Positions 1 to 12,846 are shown, counted from the whole stretch's first letter. The stretch is DNA of 63,874 nt, filler included, from Octopus bimaculoides (GCF_001194135.2; 5 parts of 4 records of this genome joined end to end with filler, not necessarily neighbours in it), one strand, 5' to 3'. A program made the numbers and translations. Notes: generated from the letters alone by a model not told the origin.

Positions 1-22
1 TATATATATATATATATATATA

Positions 23-318
23 TTCTTTTATTCTTTTACTTGTTTCAGTCATCTGACTGCGGCCATGCTGGAGCACCGCCTTCAGTCGAATCAACCAACC
101 CCAGGACTTATTCTTTGTAAACCTAGTACTTATTCTATCAGTTCTCTTGCCAGGAACGTAAACACACCAGCATCGGTTATCAAGCAATGGTGGTGGGGAA
201 CAAACACAGACATACAAACATATATATATATATGACGGGCTTCTTTCAGTCTCTGCCAACAAGATCCACTCACAAGGCTTTGGTCAGCCTGAGGCTATAG
301 TAGAGGACACTTGCCCAA
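23..318 (-). mobile_element. tRNA-derived SINE, long family A (decayed, 5' head missing)
   Basis: Reverse complement matches the other family-A copies in the window (672, 2140, 25360): ...CACTTGCCCAA, ...GGTGCTCCAGCATGGCCGCAGTC, central (TA/CA)n. Confidence 0.8.
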
Positions 319-361
319 TTCAACCCCAGTATTTATTTTTCAAGCCTGATACCTATTTGAC

Positions 362-575
362 GAGTATTTTATGCTAAACTGCCAAGTTACAGGGAGGATG
401 TAAACAAACTGACACAAATACACGGGCTTCTTACAGTTTCCATCTACCGAATCTACTCACAAGGCTCTGGTCAGCCCAAGGTTATAGTAGAAGACAGCTG
501 CCTAAGGTGCCATGCAGTGGGACTGAACCCGGAACCATGTGCTTAGGAAGCAAGCTTCTTACCAAACAGCTATGC
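362..575 (-). mobile_element. SINE family A, 5' half
   Basis: Minus strand reads ...GCTTGCTTCCTAAGCACATGGTTCCGGGTTCAGTCCCACTGCATGGCACCTTAGG..., a tRNA-like B-box region homologous to 672-830. Confidence 0.8.
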
Positions 576-671
576 TTGCACCACTTTATATATGACAAGC
601 TTCTTTTAGTTTCCCCTGCCAAATTCACCCACAAGGATATGGTAGAAGGCACTTGTTCAAGGTGCTTATGT

Positions 672-830
672 AAAGCTGTGTAGTAAGAAGCTTGCTTCCC
701 AACCACATGGTTCCAGGTTCAGTCCCACTGCATGGCACCTTGGGTAAGTGTCTTCTGCTACAGGCTCATGCTGATCAAAGCCTCGTGAGTGGAGTTGGTA
801 GAGGGAAACATAAAGAAGTGTGTGTGGGTG
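672..830 (+). mobile_element. SINE family A, 5' half, inverted relative to 362-575
   Basis: GCTGTGTAGTAAGAAGCTTGCTTCCCAACCACATGGTTCCAGGTTCAGTCCCACTGCATGGCACCTTGGG; degenerate A/B-box head. Confidence 0.8.
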
Positions 831-896
831 TGGGTGTGGGTGTGTATTGCTTCTGTTATCTAGGTGAGCAAGTTAGTAAGCTTCCATTATCTAGGT

Positions 897-1181
897 CAGG
901 GGTTTTCAAACTGTGGTCCGCGGACCACAGGGGATCCGCAAGAACAAGTGAGGGGGTCCGTGGACAGTAAATACTTTTTATGGGCAATTTGATTTTATAC
1001 ATGTTTTTTAATCAAAATCTTTTAATTGAAAATAAACCTATTTTGTTAAATACTGTTAAATAAATAAATGTAAAAATATATGTTATTTTAAGCAAATATT
1101 TATGTATAAATTTCATAAGCGTTTATAAGGGGGTCCCTATATTTCAAGGGGTCCACAAGTCAAAAAGTTTGAAAACCCCTG
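897..1181. mobile_element. Non-autonomous hAT (Charlie-type) MITE, 285 bp
   Basis: Perfect 16-bp TIRs CAGGGGTTTTCAAACT (897-912) and AGTTTGAAAACCCCTG (1166-1181). Perfect 8-bp TSD ATCTAGGT at 889-896 and 1182-1189, fitting the Charlie NTCTAGAN-like target preference. Confidence 0.92.
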
Positions 1182-1207
1182 ATCTAGGTGACCAAGTTAG
1201 TTGTGGA

Positions 1208-2115
1208 GGTGGATGCTCCAAGAACGTAGCTGTGTGAATAAGATTAGGCTGGGCAAAGTTCACAGAGCTCCTACCCCTGCTGACAACAAAGGGCCTCTCT
1301 CTCAGAGTGAAAGGCAGATTGTATGATACTTGTGTGCAAACAGCTATGATGCATGGCAGTGAAACATGGACTATGACAGCTGAGGACATGCATAGGCTTG
1401 AGAGGAATTAAGCCAGTATGCTTTGCTGGATGTGCAATGTCAGTGTGCATGTTTGACAGAGTGTAAGCATCTTGAGAGAAAAGTTAGGCATAAGAGGAAC
1501 TGGATGTGGTGTGCAAGAGAGACGACTGTGCTGGTAGGGTCATGTGATGCGTATGGACAAGGACAGCTGTGTAAAGAAGTGCTGATGTCTAACTGTTGAG
1601 GGAACCTGTGGTAATGGTAGACCCAGGAAGACATGAGACGAGGTGGTGAAGCATGATCTTTGAATTTTGAGCCTCACAGAGGCAATGACTAGTGACTGAG
1701 ATCTTTGGTGATATTCTGTGCTTGAGAGGAGCTGTCAAGCCAAGTGCACCTGTGCTGGTGCCACATAACATCTTTTGAATGTTGGGCCTCAACGAGGCAA
1801 TCGCCAAGACCTTTGGCCATTATGTCGTACTTGAGAAAAAGACCCCATGAAGCCGAGAAAAATCACTGACGTGGCAGATACCGGTGTCATGCAAATTGGC
1901 ACGTAAATACATCCCAGTGACACACAGACGGCATCCGTGCCGGTGGCACGTAAGTGCACTGATTACACGCTGAGTGGTTGGTGATAGGATGGGCATCCAG
2001 CCGTACAAAACCATGCTAAATCAGACTGGAGTCTGGTGCAGCCTTCCAGCGTGTCAGCCAGCCCAGTGAAACATTCAAACCCATGCCAACATGGACAACG
2101 GATGTTAAATGATGA
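1208..2115 (+). mobile_element. RTE-clade LINE 3' remnant (post-RT coding part plus 3' UTR)
   Basis: 1211 onward translates GCSKNVAV*IRLGWAKFTELLPLLTTKGLSLRVKGRLYDTCVQTAMMHGSETW, the typical RTE C-terminal region, with stops. Ends in a TTAAATGATGAT-type tail near 2105-2115. Confidence 0.8.
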
Positions 2116-2139
2116 TATATATATATGTATATATATATG

Positions 2140-2345
2140 CGTATGTCTGTCCCCTAGACACCGATTTACAGCCGGCACTGGTTTGTTTACGACCCCCGTA
2201 ACTTAGCAGTTTGACAAAAGAGTATCCGACAAAATAAGTACGGTGCTGCAAGGAGAGAAAAAAAAATTATATATACAGGTGTCGATTCTTCGACTAAAAC
2301 CTTTGAAGGCGGTGCCCCAGCATGGCCGGTTAGCTAATGACCGAG
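2140..2345 (+). mobile_element. SINE family A, 3' half
   Basis: GTTTACGACCCCCGTAACTTAGCAG...GGCGGTGCCCCAGCATGGCC, homologous to the reverse complement of 23-200. Confidence 0.7.
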
Positions 2346-3212
2346 ACAAGTACAACAGAAACACACATGTATGTTTATGGATATATANNNNNNNNNNNNN
2401 NNNNNNNNNNNNNNNNNNNNNNNNNNNNNNNNNNNNNNNNNNNNNNNNNNNNNNNNNNNNNNNNNNNNNNNNNNNNNNNNNNNNNNNNNNNNNNNNNNNN
2501 NNNNNNNNNNNNNNNNNNNNNNNNNNNNNNNNNNNNNNNNNNNNNNNNNNNNNNNNNNNNNNNNNNNNNNNNNNNNNNNNNNNNNNNNNNNNNNNNNNNN
2601 NNNNNNNNNNNNNNNNNNNNNNNNNNNNNNNNNNNNNNNNNNNNNNNNNNNNNNNNNNNNNNNNNNNNNNNNNNNNNNNNNNNNNNNNNNNNNNNNNNNN
2701 NNNNNNNNNNNNNNNNNNNNNNNNNNNNNNNNNNNNNNNNNNNNNNNNNNNNNNNNNNNNNNNNNNNNNNNNNNNNNNNNNNNNNNNNNNNNNNNNNNNN
2801 NNNNNNNNNNNNNNNNNNNNNNNNNNNNNNNNNNNNNNNNNNNNNNNNNNNNNNNNNNNNNNNNNNNNNNNNNNNNNNNNNNNNNNNNNNNNNNNNNNNN
2901 NNNNNNNNNNNNNNNNNNNNNNNNNNNNNNNNNNNNNNNNNNNNNNNNNNNNNNNNNNNNNNNNNNNNNNNNNNNNNNNNNNNNNNNNNNNNNNNNNNNN
3001 NNNNNNNNNNNNNNNNNNNNNNNNNNNNNNNNNNNNNNNNNNNNNNNNNNNNNNNNNNNNNNNNNNNNNNNNNNNNNNNNNNNNNNNNNNNNNNNNNNNN
3101 NNNNNNNNNNNNNNNNNNNNNNNNNNNNNNNNNNNNNNNNNNNNNNNNNNNNNNNNNNNNNNNNNNNNNNNNNNNNNNNNNNNNNNNNNNNNNNNNNNNN
3201 NNNNNNNNNNNN

Positions 3213-3256
<44 letters not shown>

Positions 3257-3259
3257 GCA

Positions 3260-3990
3260 AATGATATTGATGAAGGGGAGTGAGCAGGATTGAGAAAAAG
3301 GGGGAGAAAGAGGTGAGCAACAGTTGGTGAGAGAAGAGGAAGTGGTAGTGGTGTGAGGTGGTACATTATATAAACGATATTGGTGAAGCAGAGAGAGAAT
3401 AATATTGACAGAGAGAGGGGGGAGAGAGAGCGGGGCAGAAGCAATAGTTGGTAAGAAGGGGGAGGAGGCGATGATGATGATGAGAGGTGATACATTTATA
3501 TAAATGATATTGATGAAGGGGAGGGAGGGAGAGAGTGAGTGAGTGAAGGGGAAAGGGGAAAGTGTAGAGACGAAGTAGAGTTAGAGCGTGAAGAGGTGCA
3601 AAGGGAGGAGAGGGGGAAGAGAGGTAGGAGAGCAGAGAAGACACAATAAGACGCCTGGAAGGGGAGGGAGGGTAGTAGAAGAAAATAAAGAGCATGTGAG
3701 GGGGATAGAAAGACATTAAGACGTCCAGAGAGAGAGAGAGAGGTGGAAAATGAGTGTGAAAGGTTGAGGGAGGGAAAGAGAAAATACACAATAAGATGTA
3801 TAGGGAAAGAGAGAGTGAGTGAGTGAGTGAGAGAGAGAAAGGTAAGGGGAGAATAAAAAGAGTGTGAGTGAAGGAGAGAAAGAGGAGGAAAGGCAAAGTG
3901 AAAAGGAGAGGGAGGCAAAGAGCAAAGACATAATAAGACGTCTAAAGAAAGAGAAAAGGGAGAGGAAAACTTGCTGACCCGTTGAAATGG
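3260..3990. repeat. Purine-rich (GA-rich) degenerate tandem / low-complexity tract
   Basis: Strong R/Y strand asymmetry. Recurrent ATGATATTGATGAAGGGGA-like motifs (~3262, ~3375, ~3505) and ACA(C/T)AATAAGAC-like motifs (~3642, ~3786, ~3928). Confidence 0.75.
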
Positions 3991-4320
3991 GTTGGGTACG
4001 TTGGTACACCTTGACACTGAGAGACTAGGTACCCAGATATACATACATGAGTGTATGGCACACACACATCGACGAAGGCACAAGGTGTATCAGTTTTAGG
4101 TACATACATATTATAAACACACACAAACACAGCCCACACATTTATACACACTTACACCACTCAAGTATGTCTGCCATATATATACATACATTGACACACA
4201 TACACATATATATATATATACACCCACACCTATATATCTATATCTATATAAGGTTGACCAAAGCCTTGTGAGTGGATTTGGCAGACGGAAACTGAAAGAA
4301 GCCTGTCTTATATATGTATA

Positions 4321-4367
<47 letters not shown>

Positions 4368-4756
4368 NNNNNNNNNNNNNNNNNNNNNNNNNNNNNNNNN
4401 NNNNNNNNNNNNNNNNNNNNNNNNNNNNNNNNNNNNNNNNNNNNNNNNNNNNNNNNNNNNNNNNNNNNNNNNNNNNNNNNNNNNNNNNNNNNNNNNNNNN
4501 NNNNNNNNNNNNNNNNNNNNNNNNNNNNNNNNNNNNNNNNNNNNNNNNNNNNNNNNNNNNNNNNNNNNNNNNNNNNNNNNNNNNNNNNNNNNNNNNNNNN
4601 NNNNNNNNNNNNNNNNNNNNNNNNNNNNNNNNNNNNNNNNNNNNNNNNNNNNNNNNNNNNNNNNNNNNNNNNNNNNNNNNNNNNNNNNNNNNNNNNNNNN
4701 NNNNNNNNNNNNNNNNNNNNNNNNNNNNNNNNNNNNNNNNNNNNNNNNNNNNNNNN

Positions 4757-4787
<31 letters not shown>

Positions 4788-5411
4788 GCACACAAACACA
4801 TGTGTATATATACAGACACACACACATGTATAAGTATACATCTCTTAATTACGGTAGTAAATAGCTCTCAAGAAAGCTGAAAGGCAGACGGTTTTCAAAG
4901 AAACTTCCATTTGTTAAATGTTTTGGTCTTTAACTTCCTACATTCTAACGGGGATCGGGCCTTCTGCTGGCACTTTTTAGCCCCGTGGACATCGAAGACT
5001 TGTGCAATTAAACCGCTCGGAGATTTCCCCTTGTTGGAACTCCTCCGTATATAGCGCGCATATGCATATGTATATATATATATATCTGTTGGGCATCGAG
5101 TGTTTGACAGCATGGGTGACATTGACAACAGCGAATCTGAAACACTAGACACCTGTTGGTTTTATTTACGCCCAGGTCTCAGTTCTCATAGACAGGTTAA
5201 GTAAGCACAGGAGGGAATCCAACCGTGGCTATCCCATCTGTTGAGCATTTGAGGACGACAGTTTTAATGCGTACTTTCGTTTTTTTCTAAAAATACAATG
5301 TGATTTTGATGAGAATTCAGCTGTTATTTCTAGGATATCGAAACGACTAGGTACAGAATCGCCCAGCCTGACAGTGTCAATATGTGTGTGTATGTGTGTA
5401 CACACACACAC

Positions 5412-5450
<39 letters not shown>

Positions 5451-5569
5451 CGAGTGTATGCAAACATGATAGAGAAGACACCTGTTTGCATATAACATTT
5501 AAACAGCAGATATCCGTAAACACAGATCTTCACAAATATATACAAATACATATAAACTACATATATATG

Positions 5570-5614
<45 letters not shown>

Positions 5615-6448
5615 TATATACACACATATATATGTATAGATACATATGTACATGAATAAATATAGATATATATGCACACACACACACACAAACAAAAATT
5701 ATATATAAACAGAGATAAATAAAGAAAAAATCATACATATATACACATACGTATATAAACACACACACGTACACAGTTACATAAATGATCGCAGGAATAT
5801 AAATGAAAGAAGGAAATACATCGTGATTATACAGTGATTGTACACACACATATATACACGCAGTTGTTGAAAAAGATATACAATATTTCCATTACACTAA
5901 GTTTCACGCTGAGAGACCATTCATCAGATGGTTGCCATTCGAGTGTATGTGTGTATATATGTAATATATACATATATATTTACATGCATTATATATGTGT
6001 ACAGATCTTTGCATTAGCGTGTATATATATATGTACAATATATATCATATAAATATGCAAATAGATGTTTTTATATATGTACATATATTTATATATTCGC
6101 TTTTATGTGCACACACACATATAGGTGTTTGTATATATATATATATATATGCATGTTTATATACCTGCATATATATGTATAAGCGTATACATATGTATAA
6201 AGAGAGCAATCGCCATATATGTGTAAACACACACATATATATGCTATATAAATATGTATGCATACAGGTGTTTATATATATATATATATAGATAGATAGA
6301 TAGATAGATAGATGGATGGAAAGATAGATAGATAGATATGTACATTTATAGGTATGCACATGTGTATATATGTGTGTATATACATATATATATATATACA
6401 CACACACCTGTATATCTAGTGTATATATATATAAACACACACACACAC

Positions 6449-6523
<75 letters not shown>

Positions 6524-7301
6524 TATATACACCCCATAACTGTCACCATCTGACACATATGGTACCAACTTCCTCCATACAATATCAAAACACGTTTGTT
6601 GCGCAAACTTTCTCCTAATCCGATCATTATCATAATAAATTAACTGTACAAACGAACAAACACAGAAAGAAAGAAGACAATATAATACATAAAATCGCAC
6701 TGAATGAATTGTTTCCATCGACATTGTCTGGGTTTTTTTTTTTTAAATATACAAACACAGCTGTGTGTTTAGAGAGGTGAGGGTTAAAAAAAAATGTGAT
6801 TTACCTCTTTTTTGACCGCTCGTAGCAGTTTCTGCCGGGTCTCTGCTTCTGAAATTAAAACAATGAAGTTGTTTTAATGAAAATCGGAGTCCGATTATGC
6901 ATTTAAGAAAGAAAAACAATCGGTAAAAGGTTTTCAAACGTAGTAAAAATAACAAATATCAATGGGAGACATATTACCAGCTCCTGTCATATTCTCATTC
7001 TTCGTCCAAAACCCGGTGCCGCATGACGACGCTTGGAGTTTATATAGCCAAGATCGACGTCTGCGTGAGAGAAAATAGTCCAATGTTGTTTTAGTGATTT
7101 TTGCTGAGAATTAATCATAAATAAACATCTCTGCTTCTTGTGTTTTGTTTTTATTATAAATATTTAGTGGGGTCTTAGAGATTTTTTTGATTTTTTCTGG
7201 TGTTTTATTCTTCGATTTTGTTCGTTAGATTAATGTATTTGTAATTCGGTCTGTATTCGTGCGAGGTACTGAGATATGATAATAAGATAATTATGTCTTC
7301 A

Positions 7302-7401
7302 NNNNNNNNNNNNNNNNNNNNNNNNNNNNNNNNNNNNNNNNNNNNTTAATTAATTAANNNNNNNNNNNNNNNNNNNNNNNNNNNNNNNNNNNNNNNNNNN
7401 N
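7302..7401. other. Scaffold-join spacer 44N-TTAATTAATTAA-44N (core 7346-7357; also 32920-32931, 44735-44746, 60065-60076)
   Basis: Identical 12-mer core inside N runs at four sites. The 12-mer is palindromic and has TAA stops in all six frames, so it is an assembly linker and not biological. Confidence 0.9.
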
Positions 7402-7579
7402 ACCCCACCTGCGAGGTCATGCATTGTTTATCTTGATATGAGTTCGTCATGTCGCGCACATATGGTTGTGATGCATGTGCCTGGTGTACCTTTATCAGAT
7501 GGGTAGTCATGATGGGTATAATGCCCTTCGTATATTTTACCCCAGTGTCACTTTGATGGCATGCACTGCTCTCTCACTC
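7402..7579 (+). mobile_element. 3' part of a ~540-bp (AAT)n-embedded non-coding element (copy 1)
   Basis: Homologous to the 3' ~180 bp of 48091-48615 and 51551-52094. Ends ...GGCATGCACTGCTCTCTCACTC followed by (AAT)n at 7580-7651. Confidence 0.85.
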
Positions 7580-7651
<72 letters not shown>

Positions 7652-7654
<3 letters not shown>

Positions 7655-8770
7655 GAGACTGATACTTAAGTCGAAATTAAATGGGTGGAATAAGATCGAA
7701 GCTATCAACATCCGGACGGTATCACTCCTTAGATATGGAGCAGTGGTAATCCCGTGGACAGTAGACGAACTAAACAGCTTAGAAAGAAAGGCAAGGGAGC
7801 TACTATTTAGTTATGGGTCTTTTCACCCAAAATGTGACACGGATAGAGTGTATGTACCAATTAAAAGGCGAGAAAGAGGATGCGAACACAGTATTAGAGC
7901 AGAAGAAAACATCATAATATGGTATGTCAAAAATGCCACGGAACCGCTATTATTATAAGTAAGATGGTCAGGCTTGTGTAGGATGAAAGATTGCAAAGAT
8001 AAAGCAGTATACAAGAAATTGAAGACGAATGAAACTGAAAATTGGGGGTAAAGAAAAGAATGCATGTTCAATTTCATAGGGATGTTGAAGATAAGACAGA
8101 CAAAGAAAAAAAGATGGTTGTGGATGGCTAAAAGTGATTTAAAACCGGAAAATGGGGCTCTAATCTGTGCTGCCCAAGAACAAGCACTAAGAACAAACTA
8201 CATAAAATACAGAATAGACAACACAGCAGAAAGTAATAAGTGCAGAATTTGTGGGAAAAATGGTGAAACTGTATGGCATATTACCAGCCAATGTCCGCCA
8301 CTAGCCCAGAAAGAATATGAGACGCCACGACAATATAACGAGGCTTGTCAATTGGTGACTTTGTATCGAGTATTGACTTGACAGAGCAAAACATTGGTAC
8401 GATCACAAACCTTAAGGAATCGTCGAAAATAGAAATGCAAAAATCATATGGGATCTTATGATTCCGTGCGAGAAAAGAAAGCCAAACATAGTCTTAATTG
8501 AGAAACAAAAACTATGCTGGATCATAGATATAGCATGCCCAGCGGACAATAAGATATGCGATAAGGAAGAAAGAAAATTCGAGAGATATGACAGGTTAGC
8601 TTGGGGAGTTAAGCTGATGTGGTCAATGAAAAATGTAGCAGTAGTACCAATAATTGTCGAAACTCTGGGAACAGTGAGCAAAAATCTCGAGAAGTACGTG
8701 GAACAAATAGGGGCTGCATAAGGATGGAGGACTTGCAGAAACAACACTGCTTGGAACCGCTCGAATACTC
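7652..8770 (+). mobile_element. R4/Dong-type non-LTR retrotransposon, 5'-truncated and frameshifted (thumb, CCHC knuckle, RLE endonuclease)
   Basis: Peptides FHPKCDTDRVYVPIK; LICAAQEQALRTNYIKYRIDNTAESNKCRICGKNGETVWHITSQC (CCHC); RKPNIVLIEKQKLCWIIDIACPAD (PD..D restriction-like endonuclease). Starts directly after (AAT)n. Confidence 0.88.
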
Positions 8771-9639
8771 AGTTTCGTATGAAGGAAAGCAAACGCAGGG
8801 TATCAGCTTTGAAATAGTAAAAGAAAAATGAACCATTTGCTCTATACGATTGATCTGAATTTTCTTATAAAAATAAAAAAAATAAAAAGATTTTTTAATA
8901 CAAGCTGTAAATTTGAATTAAAAGATATAGGCATGGAATTTTGCATAATAAGCGTATATTAGTCATGGAGAATACATAAAAAAAAAACATCTTGACATAA
9001 CCAAGGCTAGCAGGCTGTGTCAAAGTGTTTTTTTTTTATGTATTTTTCTTTCCCACTTAGATTTTAAATGTTGTCACAACAGTAATATGTCCATTTTGCT
9101 GAAATGAAATTTTCAGTAAATTTTCTATATCCTTGTGCAGCTGAAGATTGCTTTGAACTTTGCATTTAATGTAATGTTCGCATTACTTAAATAAATGGAG
9201 TAGCATGAAACGTGCGTACTGGAATAACCTTTTAAATCCGTGTTGCTATTTTTGATTTTTGATCACCTTGTTTTTGGAATTGTTTGGATAATACCATGCT
9301 ATATTCTGGTGCCTAAACTAAAGTGCCACATTCAATTTTGAATCTAAAATTATATATATATATACATATATATNNNNNNNNNNNNNNNNNNNNNNNNNNN
9401 NNNNNNNNNNNNNNNNNNNNNNNNNTATATATATATATATATATATATCAATAAGAAAATGGAAGGGAATATGAGGTACTCATCAACTTGCAGACACTAT
9501 ATTCCGTTGATTAATCTGTTTGCATATTGGATATATATTATTCCTTAGTGGGTTGAATCCTCAACCGCTAACTCTCTTATATATACCTATACATATTCGT
9601 TATGTTGTTGTATATCGCATTTGGAAACACACATAATTC

Positions 9640-10935
9640 GTATTTTTTACAGACCAAGAAAACGTCTAAAAAGTTATCATGCTTAAATCGGAATTTCTGA
9701 TATATTTTTGTGTGGGGAGATACGAAATGCTTTCCCTGAACATTCATGTTACAAGTCTTTCTAAATGTGGAATACAATAACATGGAAGATATATTGTACA
9801 AAGTACTTAGAACAACCAAACCTAGCTTGCCGTTGGAGTAGCTCCCTTTGCCAAGCAATGAAAATATATTTCTAGTTGTTTTCTACACCAAAAAGAAAGA
9901 TTCGTTTCACCAGCTATTAATTATAAGAGAACTAAAACGTATACAAAAGTGGAGTCTGTGTGTCGTGTTGGAGGAAGTGATGGAATACCACCAATGATGG
10001 GTTATCATTCATTCTTCACCAGTTCATTAAAAAATTATACATAGCGAGGTTATAACGTACGTACTCTAAACTCCGTAGGCAAATTACTTAAGTATTAGAT
10101 TTAAATGGTTGAATATTTTTATTACAGGAATAAATAAAACCAAGCCACATGCTTTCAATTGTTTACTGTCTAAACAACACTGCGCTGAGAATGATTTTGA
10201 AGATTTGTTCTTGCACACATGGCTGTCAAAGGAAAACTGCCTGAAAGTGTCTATTCTATTTTTAAAAACATATGTTGAATTCTTGCAAGTCACTCATTTT
10301 AACTTATTGGCTGTTTTGTGATGACCCAGGAAACATCAAACATGACATTTGTAGGTATATTCACAAATCCAATGCAGTTAAATTGCAACTTCAAGGAAAT
10401 GAGTTTAAACATTATCAAAGTAAGATCAGGTCTCTCTATATTTCTGTACAAGTTACGTTCATTGTAATCTAAGATAAGCCCTTGTTAGTTTTCCTAGTTT
10501 CCGAGCCTCTCTAAATGGAAAGAACAACGCATATCAGAAAATGACATTCATGTGTATTTCAGCCTGGATGAGTTTCACAGAGATATGTCTGACAGATTTC
10601 AGGATATATATTTCTAAATAAAATACCAGTTTCTCTAATTTCTAGATATTAGTAATTAGGAAACGAGAATAGGGGAGGAAGAACTAGTATCACTTTACAA
10701 TGACGATGAACTGTGGCCAAAGTTCAAAGTATTACACTAGTGTTTTTCATTACAAAATTTCTCCCTGCTACTCTTTACTATAGAACAAAATCAAGTTGTA
10801 CTTTATTGACATCTTAATATTAAATTTTGTAGATCGCGGATCCATTGATTTTGCCCAGTTCTGAAGCAAAGAAACAAACTGAAAATTATTGAACGCGGAG
10901 ATCTCGGACTTCTTCTTGGTACCTTTTCAGATGGA
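9640..10935 (+). pseudogene. hAT (Charlie/Buster-like) transposase relic
   Basis: Colinear fragments NMEDILYKVLRTTKPSLPLE*LPLPSNE (~9780), CAENDFEDLFLHTWLSKENCLK (cf. LLLHTEVRWLSKG, ~10180), SNAVKLQLQGNE (~10370), FPSLS...DEFHRDMSDRFQDI (~10500), EELVSLYNDDELWPKFK (~10680), KQRNKLKIIERGDLGLLL (dimerisation end, ~10865). Many stops and frameshifts. Confidence 0.78.
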
Positions 10936-11229
10936 AGTCAAGAAAGTGATAGGAGCGTAGCCTGAGTACCAAGGGGTGAAAGTCCGAAAAAGTTTGGGAC
11001 CACTGCTCTATATAAAGAAAATGAATTCAGTGATGTATAATATTCCAAAATGTAAACAATACTCTCATAAAATAAGCAAGGAAAAGGCAATTAAAATGCA
11101 GAGGAAACGGAATATTCTACTGAGAGTCACTATTCCCTGTCTCTCTTTTTGCCATAGCGTGATGTAGTAACAAACGTACTGAACGAATGCATTGTTTGGT
11201 ACAGAAACTGTGGATAAACTTTATACCAC

Positions 11230-11374
11230 TGTTAGTTTTCCTAGTTTCCGAGCCTCTCTAAATGGAAAGAACAACGCATATCAGAAAATGACATTCATGT
11301 GTATTTCAGCCTGGATGAGTTTCACAGAGATATGTCTGACAGATTTCAGGATATATATTTCTAAATAAAATACC
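11230..11374 (+). repeat. Direct duplicate of 10483-10627 (internal piece of the hAT relic)
   Basis: 145 bp, apparently identical by eye (TGTTAGTTTTCCTAG...CTAAATAAAATACC). Confidence 0.9.
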
Positions 11375-11935
11375 GAAATAGGTAAAATGTAAAGTTGACC
11401 TCGGCGAAATTTGAACTCAAAACATAAACACAAACGAAATAAAGTTAAACATTTCATATAAATTAGGGTGAAGAGGTGCCTTACTGCCCTCCCTGAGGTC
11501 GCAAATATTTTGGTGTAACATTTTTTCTACTGAACTAAATCTCAAATTATTTATGCCAAAGTGTAGCTGAGGAGGTGTCCTCTTTAAAACTATTAACAGT
11601 TTGCAATTTAGTTGAGAACTGACTTACTGGTGAAACTTGGTAGCTGCTGCGATTACATAATGCTACTACTACACTGGGTGAGAGGTGATAGGGAACAATA
11701 ATGGCTAAGAGGGCCTATCCACTCCTCAGCACACTTGATTTCTGCTATCAGGGCTACACTATTAGATGGAGTTAAAGTTATACCAACTACTCACATACTT
11801 TGGAATATTTAAATTGATATAATGCAAAGAAATAGAAACGGAAATATATATTGAAAAATAAATTCTTCTGAAGAATCATGCTAATATTAAAAGTTTAACT
11901 CATTCCTAAAAATAAGTTAATATATATGTGTGCAA

Positions 11936-12152
11936 AGGCGGCTAACTGGCAGAAACATTAGCCCATCGGGCAAAATGCTTACCAGTATTTCATCTGTCTT
12001 TATGTTCTGAGTTCAGATTCTGCCGAGGCCAACATTGCCTTCATCCTTTCGGGGTCGATAAATTAAGTACCAGTGGCGTACTGGGGTTTGATCTATTTAA
12101 TCGACTGGCCTCTTCTCCCAAAAGTTCGGGCCTTGTGCCTACAGCAGAAAGG
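11936..12152 (+). mobile_element. tRNA-derived SINE, short family B, with 17-bp TSD
   Basis: GGCGGCTAACTGGCAGAA...GTTCAGATTC...GGCCTTGTGCCTACAGCAGAAAGG. TSD AATATATATGTGTGCAA at 11919-11935 and 12153-12169. Confidence 0.88.
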
Positions 12153-12342
12153 AATATATATGTGTGCAATCCGTCGGAATCATAAAATTGTAGCAAGTTT
12201 CATCAACAGCGAATAAAATACAGCGAAATGATTTTACGAACAAAAGAAATGGCATTTTTACAGCGTTGTCAGATTACACGTGAAAGCTGATGTAGATCTT
12301 ATTATAACCCCTGCAAACGAAAAGAAGGCGTTATCTAATTAC

Positions 12343-12846
12343 ATGGGAAAATGCGAGCATGAAAAATAATGTTCATAAGATTATAAACCTGGAAGAGGTC
12401 TGAAGTTATTACACCTGTAAAAGTATAGGACAAACTATGACTTCAAGTAAAGTAAAGAATCGGAAACGTTTTACTTAAAATATTGCAGCAAAGAATGCCA
12501 GTTCTTCTAATGTATCACTCTTTACAGTTTTCATCTCTTAAATTTACAAAACTGTTCAGCCAATTTGTAAGTTTGTCTAAGTAGTCACTTTTTTTCTGTA
12601 TTTAAGGTAGTATATTAGCCAAATTCTACTTAAACACGTATAATGTTATTTGTAAACTATAATGAAATATTTTTTAATATTCAAAATTTAAGTTTAGCTG
12701 CAATATTTTAAGCAAAAGTTTCTTATTCTTTACTTTACTCAAAGTCATAGTTTGTCCTATACGTTTACAGGTGTAATAACCTGTCCTGTACTTTTCCCAG
12801 GTTTATAATCTTAAGAATATTAATTTTCTTGCTCGCATTTTTCCAT
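12343..12846. mobile_element. Foldback/MITE-like element with ~147-bp imperfect inverted arms
   Basis: 12343-12489 (ATGGGAAAATGCGAGC...TAAAATATTGCAGC) is the reverse complement of 12697-12846 (GCTGCAATATTTTA...GCTCGCATTTTTCCAT), with a ~207-bp AT-rich spacer. Confidence 0.8.

Noticed and set aside
2203-4880. Long ORFs of 170-490 aa in the track (also at 16.8-18.3, 28.2-30.7 and 45.5-46.3 kb)
   Set aside because: They run through N gaps and (TA)n/(CA)n microsatellites, giving X and YI/CV repeats; no coding evidence.
5895-5935. Minus-strand CTGATGA...GAAACTTAGTG, possible fifth hammerhead
   Set aside because: Stem II is only ~3 weak pairs, there is no NUH followed by a matching stem I, and CCAT/ATGG sequesters the core.
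7346-7357. Palindromic TTAATTAATTAA islands in N runs (four sites)
   Set aside because: Identical 44N-12mer-44N layout with stops in six frames: an assembly spacer, not a biological motif.
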